Source of the DNA: Eledone cirrhosa
Lineage: Eukaryota
Length of the DNA stretch: 64,000 bases
Assembly: GCA_964016885.1 (NCBI GenBank)
Contig: OZ024741.1
Span: forward strand, 160,208,001-160,272,000
Direction: 5' to 3'
The translations under genes were made by a program, and so were the position numbers. Position 1 is the first letter of the stretch. Each line of letters opens with the position of its first letter. This document shows positions 39,850-52,462 of this stretch, piece after piece. The notes under the pieces are model-generated. The model worked only from the letters and a program-made list of their open reading frames with translations. It had not been told where the DNA came from and ran no database searches.

Positions 39850-40183
39850 GCTGCCAAGAAAGAAATTTTTCGGCAAAAATAGATATTTATTTTACCCCCT
39901 AAAAAGGGGGTAAATGCAAAAATGTTTCCCTAAATAACAGGGGTTAGTGTTCCAAATGTGTTGCACTAAAAATTTTATCCGGTACTTACAATAGTAAGGG
40001 TAAATCCCGATGGAATAGCGGAGCCGATGCGAAGCGTGTCTTACTCTATCAAGATAGATAGATAGATAGATAGGTAGATACATAGGTAAGTAAAGTCATA
40101 AAATGTAACAAGAATAATTAAATAAGTGAAAGATATGCTCATATCAACAGAAACCTGATTGTTACTATTCCAATTGACTATGA

Positions 40184-40216
<33 letters not shown>

Positions 40217-40581
40217 GTCATGGGTGACATACTCTTACATTGCTTCAGTATAGCAGTGGTTATATCAACTTTAATGGCTGCCATTTCTGTCGGTTGATCT
40301 TAAATAATGTCTCAAATATAGATTAAAACTGATTAAGTTGAGCGTCCTCATCATAAATATATACTTGGGATGTCACTAAGTCATTAGATGTACATGAGCT
40401 CTCTCATACAATATGACGTTTATTAACTTTCATTAAGATTATGGCTCTTTTGTCAAAAAATGAGCAAATTATTATTATCATTATTATTGCTATCATTATA
40501 AGCAGTTTCTTTTAGCATCGAAGTGGTTGTGGTGGTGATGTTGGTTTGGGCGTTAGTGGGGCTGTTGTTGTTGTGTTGTTG

Positions 40582-41255
40582 TTATTAGTGGTGGTTGCTA
40601 GGGCGTTGGATTGGCAGTGTCGGTAGAGGGTCGGACGCCATGCTTTGCAGCATAGAGTTACGGCTCTTTATGATCTGAGCTCAAATCCCGCCGAGGTTAA
40701 CTTTGCCTTTCATCCTTACGGGGTCGATAAAATAAAGTACCAGTCACGCACTGGGGTCGATTTAATCAACTTTCCCCTCCCCCCCCCAAATTACTGGCCT
40801 TGTGCCTATATAAGAAACCGTTATTAGTGGTGGTTGCTAGGGCATTGGATTGGCAGTGTCGGTAGAGGGTCGGACGCCATGCTTTGCAGCAAAGAGTTAC
40901 GGCCGAGGTTGACTTTGCCTTTCATCCTTACGGGGTCGATAAAATAAAGTACCAGTCACGCACTGGGGTCGATTTAATCAACTTTCCCCTCCCCCCCAAA
41001 TTACTGGCCTTGTGCCTATATAAGAAACCGTTATTAGTGGTGGTTGCTAGGGCGTTGGATTGGCAGTGTCGGTAGAGGGTCGGACGCCATGCTTTGCAGC
41101 AAAGAGTTACGGCCGAGGTTGACTTTGCCTTTCATCCTTACGGGGTCGATAAAATAAAGTACCAGTCACGCACTGGAGTCGATTTAATCGACTTTCCTCT
41201 CCCCCAAAATTTCTGACCTTGTGCCTATATAAGAAACCGTTATTAGTGGTGGTTG
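40582..41255 (+). mobile_element. Three tandem copies of SINE family A
   Basis: Units start at ~40582, 40821 and 41031, each with the flank TTATTAGTGGTGGTTG. Units 2 and 3 share a deletion of the B-box region. Confidence 0.9.
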
Positions 41256-42775
41256 TGATGATGTTGATGGTGGTAGTGATTGTGGTAATGGTAGTTGTAC
41301 TGATGTTGGTGTTGATGACGGTGGTGTCGATAGGCGGTGCTAAAAAAGTGATTTGTGGTGGTGTTTATTTACGTGTCTTTGTGTTCTGAGATCAAATCCC
41401 GCCGGCGGCATCGAAGTGAAATTTGCCTTTCAATCTCATCATTATCGTCGTCTTCATCATCATCATTATCAACGTCGTCGTCGTCATCATCATCATCATC
41501 ATCATCATCATCAACATCTTCATCACCCACTTCCTGATCAACATCACCATCATCATCAATATCATCATAATCACCACTATCATTACTACTACCACTCTTA
41601 TTTTTGTAACAGTAGAGACAAGGGTGTGATTCGGGGTGGAGGTTGGGCGTGTTGGCTACTATTTCTAGTTAGTCGAGCAATATGTCCTGAGTGGTGGTGT
41701 TTGTATTCATATGTAAGTGTGGGTGTATAGTGTGGCAGTAGGATGTGTGTACTGTGCATGTGTTTGTGTGCGTGTTTAAGTGTGCGTGTTCGCAATCTAT
41801 ATAAACATATAAAGTTTGTGTGTGTATTGTGTGTGTTTGTATTGTAGGTGTGTAGTATTGTAGTGTGTAGTAAGGAGAGAATATGCAATAAGTCTATGTA
41901 TGTGTGTATGTATGTGTGTGTGTATGTGCGTATGAAGTGTGTATGTGTATGATTGTGAAAGATGTATGTTTATAGTGTTTGTTTACGTCTGCATATGTAT
42001 GTGTGCATGTTTTCGTGTGTGTGTATGTTTTGATGTGTATATACTACACATGTAGTATATACGTATATATGTAGCTGTGTGTGTATGTGTGTGTGCGCGT
42101 GAGTGTGTATGTGTGTGTGCGTATGAGTGTGTATATGTGTGTGCACATATACGCATGAGTGTATGTGTGTATGTGTATGTGTGTGTGTGTGTGTGTGTAG
42201 TATATAAGATAAGTGTACAGTTTGTGGTTTAAGAGGCATAGAAGCGGCAATCGTTTAACGAATTAATGGAATGAAACAAATTCGTATTAAAGAATCAATT
42301 TATGGCAGCCATGTTGTTTTTTCCTGCGAGCGAGTTAGCTTTGAGGTGGACATCTTGTGTGTACACACGCACACCAGCAGATAGATTCGTATACACGCAT
42401 ACATGCAATATGTGTGTACACACGCACGGATGCAGATAAATACGTACACGCTCATGCATACACCGCTATTTTCACATACATATATAGACAGTCACAAACA
42501 TACACACATTAATTCGTTGAATGATGACCGCTTGCATGCTTCTTAAACTACACACACCGACACTCAACTTGCACACACATATACATAGGTACACGCACAG
42601 ACACTATACACATACATATATAGACACATAAACAAGCAATATACTACACATAATGCACATACACACACACACAGATGCACACACATATATAGAAATATAT
42701 AGATGCATATATATATTTCTTTAAAGTTGGGACAGTAAACAGAAAACAAAAAACGTGTAAGCGAAGAGGCAGTAC

Positions 42776-42811
<36 letters not shown>

Positions 42812-42840
42812 ATGTGTGTGTGTGTGTGTGTGTGTATGTA

Positions 42841-42911
<71 letters not shown>

Positions 42912-43018
42912 GGAAAAAATAAAACGAAATTTCATTTCTCTCTTATACATACTTATATTTATATATATATATATATGTAACATATACACATAAAAACACA
43001 AGCTTAAACATACACGCA

Positions 43019-43054
<36 letters not shown>

Positions 43055-43439
43055 GAGAGAGAGAGAGGGAGATACCGCATATATATGTATATGTGTGTGT
43101 GTGTGTGTGTGTGTATGTGTGTGTATGTGTGTGTGTATGTCTGTCTGTCTGTGTTTGTCTGTGTCTGTATGTGTGTATGTGTATGTACATTTGTGTGTGG
43201 ATGCATTTATGTATGTATGCATGTATGTATGCATGTTTGTATGTATGTATGTATGGAGAGAGAAGAATGAGCGATAGATAGATACATAGCCCAAGAGAAA
43301 GAGAAAATAAGAGGAAAAGACGTTGGACCAATCAAACAGCGCATGAGTAATGGTTTGTGTATGTGTATACTTTTTTACTCTTTTACCTGTTCCAGCCATC
43401 CGGCTATATATGTGTATATACGCGAAAGAGCGTGTGTAT

Positions 43440-46400
43440 GTGTTAGTGAGAGTTTGTGAATGTGTGTGTGTTTGTGTGTAAATGTATGTGTGAGTGAGAG
43501 AGTTTGTGCATGCGTGTGTGTTTGTGTGTAGATGTATGTGTGAGTGAGAGTTTGTGCATGTGTGTGTGTTTGTGTGTAGATGTGTGTGTGAGAGAGAGTT
43601 TGTGCATGCGTGTGTGTTTGTGTGTAGATGTTTGTGTGTGACAGAGAGTTTGTGTATGTGTGTGTGTTTATGTGTAGATGTGTGTGAGAGAGAGAGTTTG
43701 TGCATGCGTGTGTGTTTGTGTGTAGATGGGTGTGTGTGAGAGAGAGTTTGTGCATACGTGTGTGTTTGTGTGTAGATGGGTGTGTGTGAGAGAGAGTTTG
43801 TGCATACGTGTGTGTTTGTGTGTAGATGTGTGTGTGTGTGTGAGCGAGTTTGTGCATGTGTGTGTGTTTGTGTGTAGATGTGTGTGAGAGAGAGAGTTTG
43901 TGCATGCGTGTGTGTTTGTGTGTAGATGGGTGTGTGTGAGAGAGAGTTTGTGCATACGTGTGTGTTTGTGTGTAGATGTGTGTGTGTGTGTGAGCGAGTT
44001 TGTGCATGTGTGTGTGTTTGTGTGTAGATGTGTGTGAGAGAGAGAGTTTGTGCATGCGTGTGTGTTTGTGTGTAGATGTGTGTGTGACAGAGAGTTTGTG
44101 CATATGTGTGTGTTTGGGTGTAGATGTGTGTGTGAGAGAGAGTTTGTGCATGCGTGTGTGTTTGTGTGTAGATGTGTGTGTGTGAGAGAGAGTTTGTGCA
44201 TACGTGTGTGTTTGTGCGTAGATGTGTGTGTGTATGTGAGAGAGTTTGTGCATGTGTGTGTATTTGTGTGTAGATGTGTGTGTGAGAGAGAGTTTGTGCA
44301 TGCGTGTGTGTTTGTGTGTAGATGTGTGTGTGTGTGTGTGAGAGAGTTTGTGCATGTGTGTAGATGTGTGTGTGAGAGAGAGTGTGTGCATGCGTGTGTG
44401 TTTGTGTGTAGATGTTTGTGTGTGACAGAGAGTTTGTGCATGTGTGTGTGTTTGGGTGTAGATGTGTGTGTGAGAGAGAGTTTGTGCATGCGTGTGTGTT
44501 TGTGTGTAGATGTGTGTGTGAGAGAGAGTTTGTGCATGCGTGTGTGTTTGTGTGTAGATGTGTGTGAGAGAGAGAGTTTGTGCATCCGTGTGTGTTTGTG
44601 TGTAGAAGTGTGTGTGTGAGAGAGTTTGTTCATGTGTGTGTGTTTGGGTGTAGATGTGTGTGTGAGAGAGAGTTTGAGCATGCGTGTGTGTTTGTGTGTA
44701 GAGGTGTGTGAGAGAGAGAGTCTGTGTATGCGTGTGTGCTTGTGTGTAGATGGGTGTGTGTGAGAGAGAGTTTGTGCATACGTGTGTGTTTGTGTGTAGA
44801 TGTGTGTGTGTGTGTGTGTGTGAGAGAGAGTTTGTGCATGTGTGTTTGTGTGTAGATGTGTGTGTGAGAGAGAGAGTGTGTGCATGCGTGTGTGTTTGTG
44901 TGTAGATGTGTGTGAGAGAGAGAGAGTTTGTGCATGCGTGTGTGTTTGTGTGTAGATGTGTGTGTGAGAGAGAGTTTGTGCATGCGTGTGTGTTTGTGTG
45001 TAGATGTGTGTGTGTGAGAGAGAGTTTGTGCAAACGTGTGTGTTTGTGCGTAGATGTGTGTGTGTATGTGAGAGAGTTTGTGCATGTGTGTGTATTTGTG
45101 TGTAGATGTGTGTGTGAGAGAGAGTTTGTGCATGCGTGTGTGTTTGTGTGTAGATGTGTGTGTGAGAGAGAGTTTGTGCATGCGTGTGTGTTTCTGTGTG
45201 GGAGAGAGTTTGTGCATGCGTGTGTGTTTGTGTGTAGATGGGTGTGTGTGAGAGAGAGTTTGTGCATGCGTGTGTGTTTGTGTGTAGATGGGTGTGCGTG
45301 AGAAAGAGTTTGTGCATGCGTGTTTGTTTGTGTGTAGATGGTGTGTGTGGGAGAGAGTTTGTGCATGCGTGTGTGTTTGTGTGTAGATGGGTGTGTGTGA
45401 GAGAGAGTTTGTGCATGCGTGTGTGTTTGTGTGTAGATGGGTGTGCGTGAGAAAGAGTTTGTGCATGCGTGTGTGTTTGTGTGTAGATGGGTGTGTGTGA
45501 GAGAGAGTTTGTGCATGCGTGTGTGTTTGTGTGTAGATGGGTGTGCGTGAGAAAGAGTTTGTGCATGCGTGTGTGTTTGTGTGTAGATGGGTGTGTGTGC
45601 GTGAGAGAGTTTGCGCAATCGTGTGTGTTTGTGTGTAGATGGGTGTGTGTGAGAGAGAGTTTGTGCATGCGTGTATATTTGTGTGTAGATGGGTGTGTGT
45701 GTGAAAGAGTTTGTGCATGCCTGTGTGTTTGTGTGTGTGAGAGAGAGAGTTTGTGCATGCGTGTGTGTTTGTGTGTAGATGTGTGTGTCTGTGAGAGAGA
45801 GAGTTTGTGCATTCGTGTGTGTTTGTGTGTAGATGTGTGTGTGAGAGAGAGTTTGTGCATGCGTGTGTGTTTGTGTGTAGATGTGTGTGAGAGAGAGTTT
45901 GTGCATGCGTGTGTGTTTGTGTGTAGATGTGTGTGTGAGAGAGAGTTTGTGCATGCGTATGTGTTTGTGTGTAGATGTGTGTGTGAGAGAGTCGTGCATG
46001 CGTGTGTGTTTGTGTGTAGATGTGTGTGTGTGAGAGAGAGTTTGTACATGCGTGTGTGTTTGTGTGTAGATGTTTGTGTGAGAGAGAGTTTGTGCATGCG
46101 TGTGTGTTTGTGTGTAGATGGGTGTGAGAGAGAGTTTGTGCATGCGTGTGTGTTTGTGTGTAGATGTGTGTGTGAGAGAGAGTTTGTACATGCGTGTGTG
46201 TGTTTGTGTGTAGATGTGTGTCTGAGACAGAGTTTGTTCATTCGTGTGTGTTTGTGTGTAGATGTGTGTGTGAGAGAGAGTTTATGCATGCGTGTGTGTT
46301 TGTGTGTAGATGTGTGTCTGAGGCAGAGTTTGTGCATGCGTATGTGTTTTTGTGTAGATGTGTGTAAGAGAGATAGTTTGTGCATGCGTATGTGTTTGTG

Positions 46401-48108
46401 TGTAGATGTGTGTGAGAGAGAGAGTTTGTGCATGCGTGTGTGTTTGTGTGTAGATGTGTGTGTGAGAGAGAGAGTTTGTGCATGCGTATGTGTTTGTGTG
46501 TAGATGTGTGTGAGAGAGAGAGTTTGTGCATGGGTGTGTGTTTGTGTGTAGATGTGTGTGTGAGAGAGAGTTTGTACATGCGTGTGTGTGTTTGTGTGTA
46601 GATGTGTGTGTGAGAGAGAGTTTATGCATGCGTGTGTGTTTGTGTGTAGATGTGTGTCTGAGACAGAGTTTGTGCATGCGTGTGTGTTTTTGTGTAGATG
46701 TGTGTGAGAGAGATAGTTTGTGCATGCGTGTGTGTTTGTGTGTAGATGTGTGTGAGAGAGAGAGTTTGTGCATGCGTGTGTGTTTGTGTGTAGATGTGTG
46801 TGTGAGAGAGAGAGTTTGTGCATGCGTATGTGTTTGTGTGTAGATGTGTGTGAGAGAGAGAGTTTGTGCATGGGTGTGTGTTTGTGTGTAGATGTGTGTG
46901 TGAGAGAGAGTTTATGCATGCATGTGTGTTTGTGTGTAGATGTGTGTCTGAGACAGAGTTTGTGCATGCGTGTGTGTTTTTGTGTAGATGTGTGTGAGAG
47001 AGAGTTTGTACATGCGTGTGTGTGTTTGTGTGTAGATGTGTGTGTGAGAGAGAGTTTGTGCATTCGTGTGTGTTTGTGTGTAGATGTGTGTGTGAGAGAG
47101 AGTTTATGCATGCATGTGTGTTTGTGTGTAGATGTGTGTCTGAGACAGAGTTTGTGCATGCGTGTGTGTTTTTGTGTAGATGTGTGTGAGAGAGATAGTT
47201 TGTGCATGCGTGTGTGTTTGCGTGTAGATGTGTGTGAGAGAGAGAGTTTGTGCATGCGTGTGTGTTTGTGTGTAGATGTGTGTGAGAGAGAGAGTTTGTG
47301 CATGCGTATGTGTTTGTGTGTAGATGTGTGTGAGAGAGTTTGTGCATGGGTGTGTGTTTGTGTGTAGATGTCTGTGTGAGAGAGAGTTTGTACATGCGTG
47401 TGTGTGTTTGTGTGTAGATGTGTGTGTGAGAGAGAGTTTATGCATGCGTGTGTGTTTGTGTGTAGATGTGTGTCTGAGACAGAGTTTGTGCATGCGTGTG
47501 TGTTTTTGTGTAGATGTGTGTGAGAGAGATAGTTTGTGCATGCGTGTGTGTTTGTGTGTAGATGTGTGTGAGAGAGAGAGTTTGTGCATGCGTGTGTGTT
47601 TGTGTGTAGATGTGTGTGTGAGAGAGAGAGTTTGTGCATGCGTATGTGTTTGTGTGTAGATGTGTGTGAGAGATAGAGTTTGTGCATGGGTGTGTGTTTG
47701 TGTGTAGATGTGTGTGTGAGAGAGAGTTTGTACATGCGTGTGTGTGTTTGTGTGTAGATGTGTGTGTGAGAGAGAGTTTGTGCATTCGTGTGTGTTTGTG
47801 TGTAGATGTGTGTGTGAGAGAGAGTTTATGCATGCATGTGTGTTTGTGTGTAGATGTGTGTCTGAGACAGAGTTTGTGCATGCGTGTGTGTTTTTGTGTA
47901 GATGTGTGTGAGAGAGATAGTTTGTGCATGCGTGTGTGTTTGCGTGTAGATGTGTGTGAGAGAGAGAGTTTGTGCATGCATGTGTGTTTGTGTGTAGATG
48001 TGTGTGAGAGAGAGAGTTTGTGCATGCGTATGTGTTTGCGTGTAGATGTGTGTGAGAGAGAGAGTTTGTGCATGCGTGTGTGTCTGTGTGTAGATGTGTG
48101 TGTGTGTG
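43440..48108. repeat. ~4.7 kb satellite, ~40-44 bp unit GAGAGAGTTTGTGCATGCGTGTGTGTTTGTGTGTAGATGTGTGTGT
   Basis: Direct periodicity; the source of the 938 and 1355 aa spurious ORFs. Confidence 0.97.
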
Positions 48109-48228
48109 CCATTGTGTGCGAGTGTGTTTGTGTGTGTGGAAGTTTGTGTATGTGCTTAAGTGTATGCATATGCACTTGCGTGACTGTATGTGTGAGTGTT
48201 TGTCTGTTTATGTAGATGCGTTTGTTTG

Positions 48229-48269
<41 letters not shown>

Positions 48270-48394
48270 ATGTGATTGTTCTGTGTTAGTGTGCATTTGT
48301 GCTTTTACGTGTGTGTGTATATATGTGTGTGCGTGTGTGTGTGATTGTGTTTATGTATGTGATTGTTCTGTGTTTGTGTGCATTTGTGCTTGTT

Positions 48395-48451
<57 letters not shown>

Positions 48452-49033
48452 TTGTTCTGTGTTTGTGTGCATTTGTGCTTTTACGTGTGTGTATGTGTGT
48501 GTATATATGTGTGTGCGTGTGTGTGTGATTGTGTTTATGTATATGATTGTTCTGTGTTTGTGTGCATTTGTGCTTTTTCGTGTGTGTGTGTGTGTATATG
48601 TGTGTGCTCAGATGATTTTGTTTATGTATGTCACGTGGGTAGCAGCAGCATCAACCATGAGGTGTCCAGCCGTGTGTTATCATGTTTGTCCGGAAGGGGG
48701 TGTTATGGGCCAAGCTATTTATTAATACTATTAACCCGTTAAATAGGCAGACGTTCACAAGTGGTACAAATAAGATGTAAAAACAAAATAAAATAAAAGC
48801 GAGATACAGATCGTCCCCCTCCCCCCTTCAACTACCACTCCCACTACCTTCTTATAACAACCTCTACCACCTAGCACTCCCACTACCATACAAACCTTAA
48901 TACAACCCCTAAAACAAAAATACAAATAACAAGAACGATGTCCTATCAATGTCTCGTGAGCTTCTATTTAAATGATCGGTGACATGCGCCGCTCTTTGCG
49001 TATGCATGTATGGTCCCTCGCTATCTTCCCCCT

Positions 49034-49119
<86 letters not shown>

Positions 49120-49138
49120 ATATATATATATTTGTATG

Positions 49139-49170
<32 letters not shown>

Positions 49171-49331
49171 ATATATAAATGTGTGTGTGTGTGTGTTTAT
49201 GTATATATATATATTTATATATATATTTATATATTTATTTATAAATATATATATATATATATATATACATAAACACACACACATTATATATATGTGTATG
49301 TATATATATATACATACATATATATATATAT

Positions 49332-49382
<51 letters not shown>

Positions 49383-49401
49383 GAGAGAGAGAGAGATAAA
49401 T

Positions 49402-49456
<55 letters not shown>

Positions 49457-49801
49457 CTATATCTATGTGTGTGTGTGTGCGCGCACGTTTCTTCTGTACG
49501 TGTGTGCACGCGTGTGTGTGTGTGCGTGTGTATCTCACGGCGAGGAAGCCAGAATATTATCGTTTTTTCCCACAATTCCCCACTCTCTCCATCCGCCGCC
49601 TCAACCACCACCACGACCACTATCACGACGGCTGGTGGTGGTGGTGGTGCGGGTGGGGAGGGGGGTGGTGGTGGTGGTGGTTGTGGTTGTGTAGTTGTTG
49701 TCAACCGATGATGCCTTGTTGAATTGATGACAATGATTGAAATCATGGCTGGTTCTGTATTGTCTCGCTGTCGGTCTATTTCTTGGAAACTGACAGTGTG
49801 T

Positions 49802-49834
<33 letters not shown>

Positions 49835-49837
<3 letters not shown>

Positions 49838-50445
49838 GTAGAGAGAGAAGGAAAAACGAAACAGAAAGGGAGAGAGTGGAGGGGGTAGAGGGGGGATGAA
49901 AGAGAATGAAAAGTGAAAGAGAGAGAGAGTGGATGTGAGGGTGATATAGAGAGGGGGAGAGAGAGAAGGAAAAGTGAAAGAGAGAAGAGTGGATGTGAGG
50001 GCGAGATAGAGAGGGGGGGAGAGAGAAGGAAAGTGAAAGAGAGAGAGAGAAGAGTGGATGTGAGGGCGAGATAGAGAGGGGAGAGAGAGAAGGAAAGTGA
50101 AAGAGAGAGAGTATGTGAGGGCGAGATAGAGAGGGGGAGAGAGAGAAGGAAAAGTGAAAGAGAGAGTGTGTATGTGAGGGGGAGATAGAGAAAGGGAGAG
50201 AGAGAAGGGAAAGGGAAACAGAGAGCATGTGTGTGTGAGGGCGAGATAGAGAGGAGGGGTGAGGGAGAAGGAAAAGTGAAACACAATGAGAGAGACTGGA
50301 TGTGAGGGTGAGATAGAGAGGAGGATAGAGAAAGAAGGAAAAGTGAAAGAGAGAGTGAGAGAAGAGTGGGTGTGAGGGTGAAATAGAGAGAAGGAAAAGT
50401 GAAAGAGAGAGAGAGAGGATGTGAGGGCGAGATAGAGAGAAGGAG
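49835..50445. repeat. Purine-rich ~60 bp minisatellite; related inverted sequence at ~29870-30010
   Basis: Repeating GAAGGAAAAGTGAAAGAGAG..GGATGTGAGGGCGAGATAGAGAG. Confidence 0.85.
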
Positions 50446-50737
50446 ACACAAAGGGAGAAAACGAAAGGAGATAGGGGGTATGAAGAAAAATGGGTTATAA
50501 AAAATATCAAAATAAATGTTAAAAGGAAAACAACTCCAAAAGGAGAAATGAAAATAAAAAAGTTATTGTAGAACATTCATTTATTTCATGTTCTAACAAA
50601 GTTACCGCTGTTACTGCTGTTGTTATTGTCATTATTCTATTTAATTCCAGTATTGTGTTTGTATTGTTTTTGTTGTCGCTATCCCTTTACTCAATGTAAA
50701 CCTTACTTGCGTTGTGTTTTGTTTTTGAATTGCCCCT

Positions 50738-50914
50738 TTGCAGCGTAGAGTTACGGCCCTTTACATCATGAGGTCAAATCCCGTCGAAATTATCTTTGCC
50801 TTTCATCCTTACGGGGACGATAAAATAAAGCACCAGTGATGCACTTGGGTCGATTTAATCGACTTTCCCCTCCTCCAAAATTGTTGGCCTTGTACCTAAA
50901 TCAGAAAAAATTAT
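50738..50914 (+). mobile_element. SINE family A, 5'-truncated, followed by (AGT/AGC)n at 50918-51128
   Basis: Core CTTTGCCTTTCATCCTTACGGGG and the family tail. Confidence 0.8.
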
Positions 50915-50916
50915 TG

Positions 50917-50983
<67 letters not shown>

Positions 50984-50993
50984 CAGCAGCAAC

Positions 50994-51121
<128 letters not shown>

Positions 51122-51390
51122 GAGTAGTATCAAATACCGAGATGTTTTTAAAAGAAAAGTCAAGACAATAAAATGCGCTAAAGCTCAAGCAATGATCTGA
51201 GGCGAAAAGGTTACTAATGAGGCTAAAAGTTTAGGTTAATATAATATAAGGAAGCATGAGTAGAGAAAGAGGGGGTGAGAGTGGGGATCGAGAAACGATG
51301 AGAAAGAAGGAAGGGAATCAGAAAAGAAAGAGAAATTGAATGGAAGGGATATGTACAGCGAGACGGCGTGAACGAAAGATTAATGATGAT

Positions 51391-51467
<77 letters not shown>

Positions 51468-52010
51468 GGATATAATGATTCGGGCATATCAAAACGTTTC
51501 AGACCTCGTATTATAGCAGCCATCTATGCTTAAGGCTGATTCATTAAGTGAAGTCTCTCAAGTTTATTCATGTCAATTTTTTCCTCAAATAAAGCTCTTC
51601 TTTTATGACTTATGCGCCTTTTATTAAATTCATGCAAATATGCTCAAAGATCTGAGCAACGCTGTATATATCAGCCGAAATTCAAGAGATACGAAGTTTG
51701 ATTCTTCATCCTGGCTGCTGGACACCTTTTTCCGTCTATATGGGTATTTCATCCGATTTTCTAAGTTATTATTTATAGCAATATACTGTGGTTAAATTTA
51801 CTTTTTGTTTACGATTCCCACATTTTCTAAAAATTAACATTTACTCAATGTTCCGATAATTTACCTAAACTTATATCCGCTTATATACAGAATAGAAGTC
51901 GCTGAGAATGTGTATCATTTACACATTTTTAACATAGAGACATGTAGGCATGCAAAAAACAAAACCCCCAAAAAACGTATTTCTTTGTAAATTGAAAAAA
52001 TGAAAAACAC

Positions 52011-52054
52011 CTCTAACCAGGTTTTCAAGCCTAGTTCGATCTTCATCAGAAAGC
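52011..52054 (-). ncRNA. Degenerate hammerhead motif
   Basis: CTGATGA-AGATCGAACTAGGCTT-GAAA-ACCTGGT-TA-GAG. Stem II is weak. Confidence 0.4.
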
Positions 52055-52111
52055 TATGCTTATATATATATATATTTTCCTGCCCGCCGAAAATGCGATT
52101 ATCGCTGAATC

Positions 52112-52183
<72 letters not shown>

Positions 52184-52224
52184 TGATATTAAATAAATGG
52201 AAACTATATTTATAAAACCATATT

Positions 52225-52286
52225 TATTCTATTATATATATTTCAAGTGTACCAAAAATTTTGGTACGCTATCATCAGATAAAATA
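52225..52286 (-). ncRNA. Type I hammerhead ribozyme motif
   Basis: TATTTTAT-CTGATGA-TAGCGTACCAAAA T TTTTGGTACACTT-GAAA-TATATA-TA-ATAGAATA: 8 bp stem I, long stem II with two mismatches, palindromic stem III. Confidence 0.65.
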
Positions 52287-52371
52287 CAAAATGTTTTATA
52301 AATATTTGACATGACCAAGGATGATATACCTTAACGGGTCAAGTTATCCCTGGAAAGGGATAATATCTCTT

Positions 52372-52409
<38 letters not shown>

Positions 52410-52414
52410 ACATC

Positions 52415-52458
<44 letters not shown>

Positions 52459-52462
52459 TATA

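Larger units (their letters stand above)
34348..40051 (-). mobile_element. Full-length (~5.7 kb) Tx1/L1-like non-LTR retrotransposon, antisense in the Gfi intron, inserted in (TATC)n
   Basis: ~200 bp 5' UTR, uninterrupted ORF1 and ORF2, and a 3' UTR with AATAAA. GATA repeats on both flanks. Confidence 0.95.

Noticed and set aside
43375-47735. 938 aa and 1355 aa His/Thr-rich ORFs
   Set aside because: Translations of a ~42 bp satellite that has few stops on that strand; open in several frames at once.
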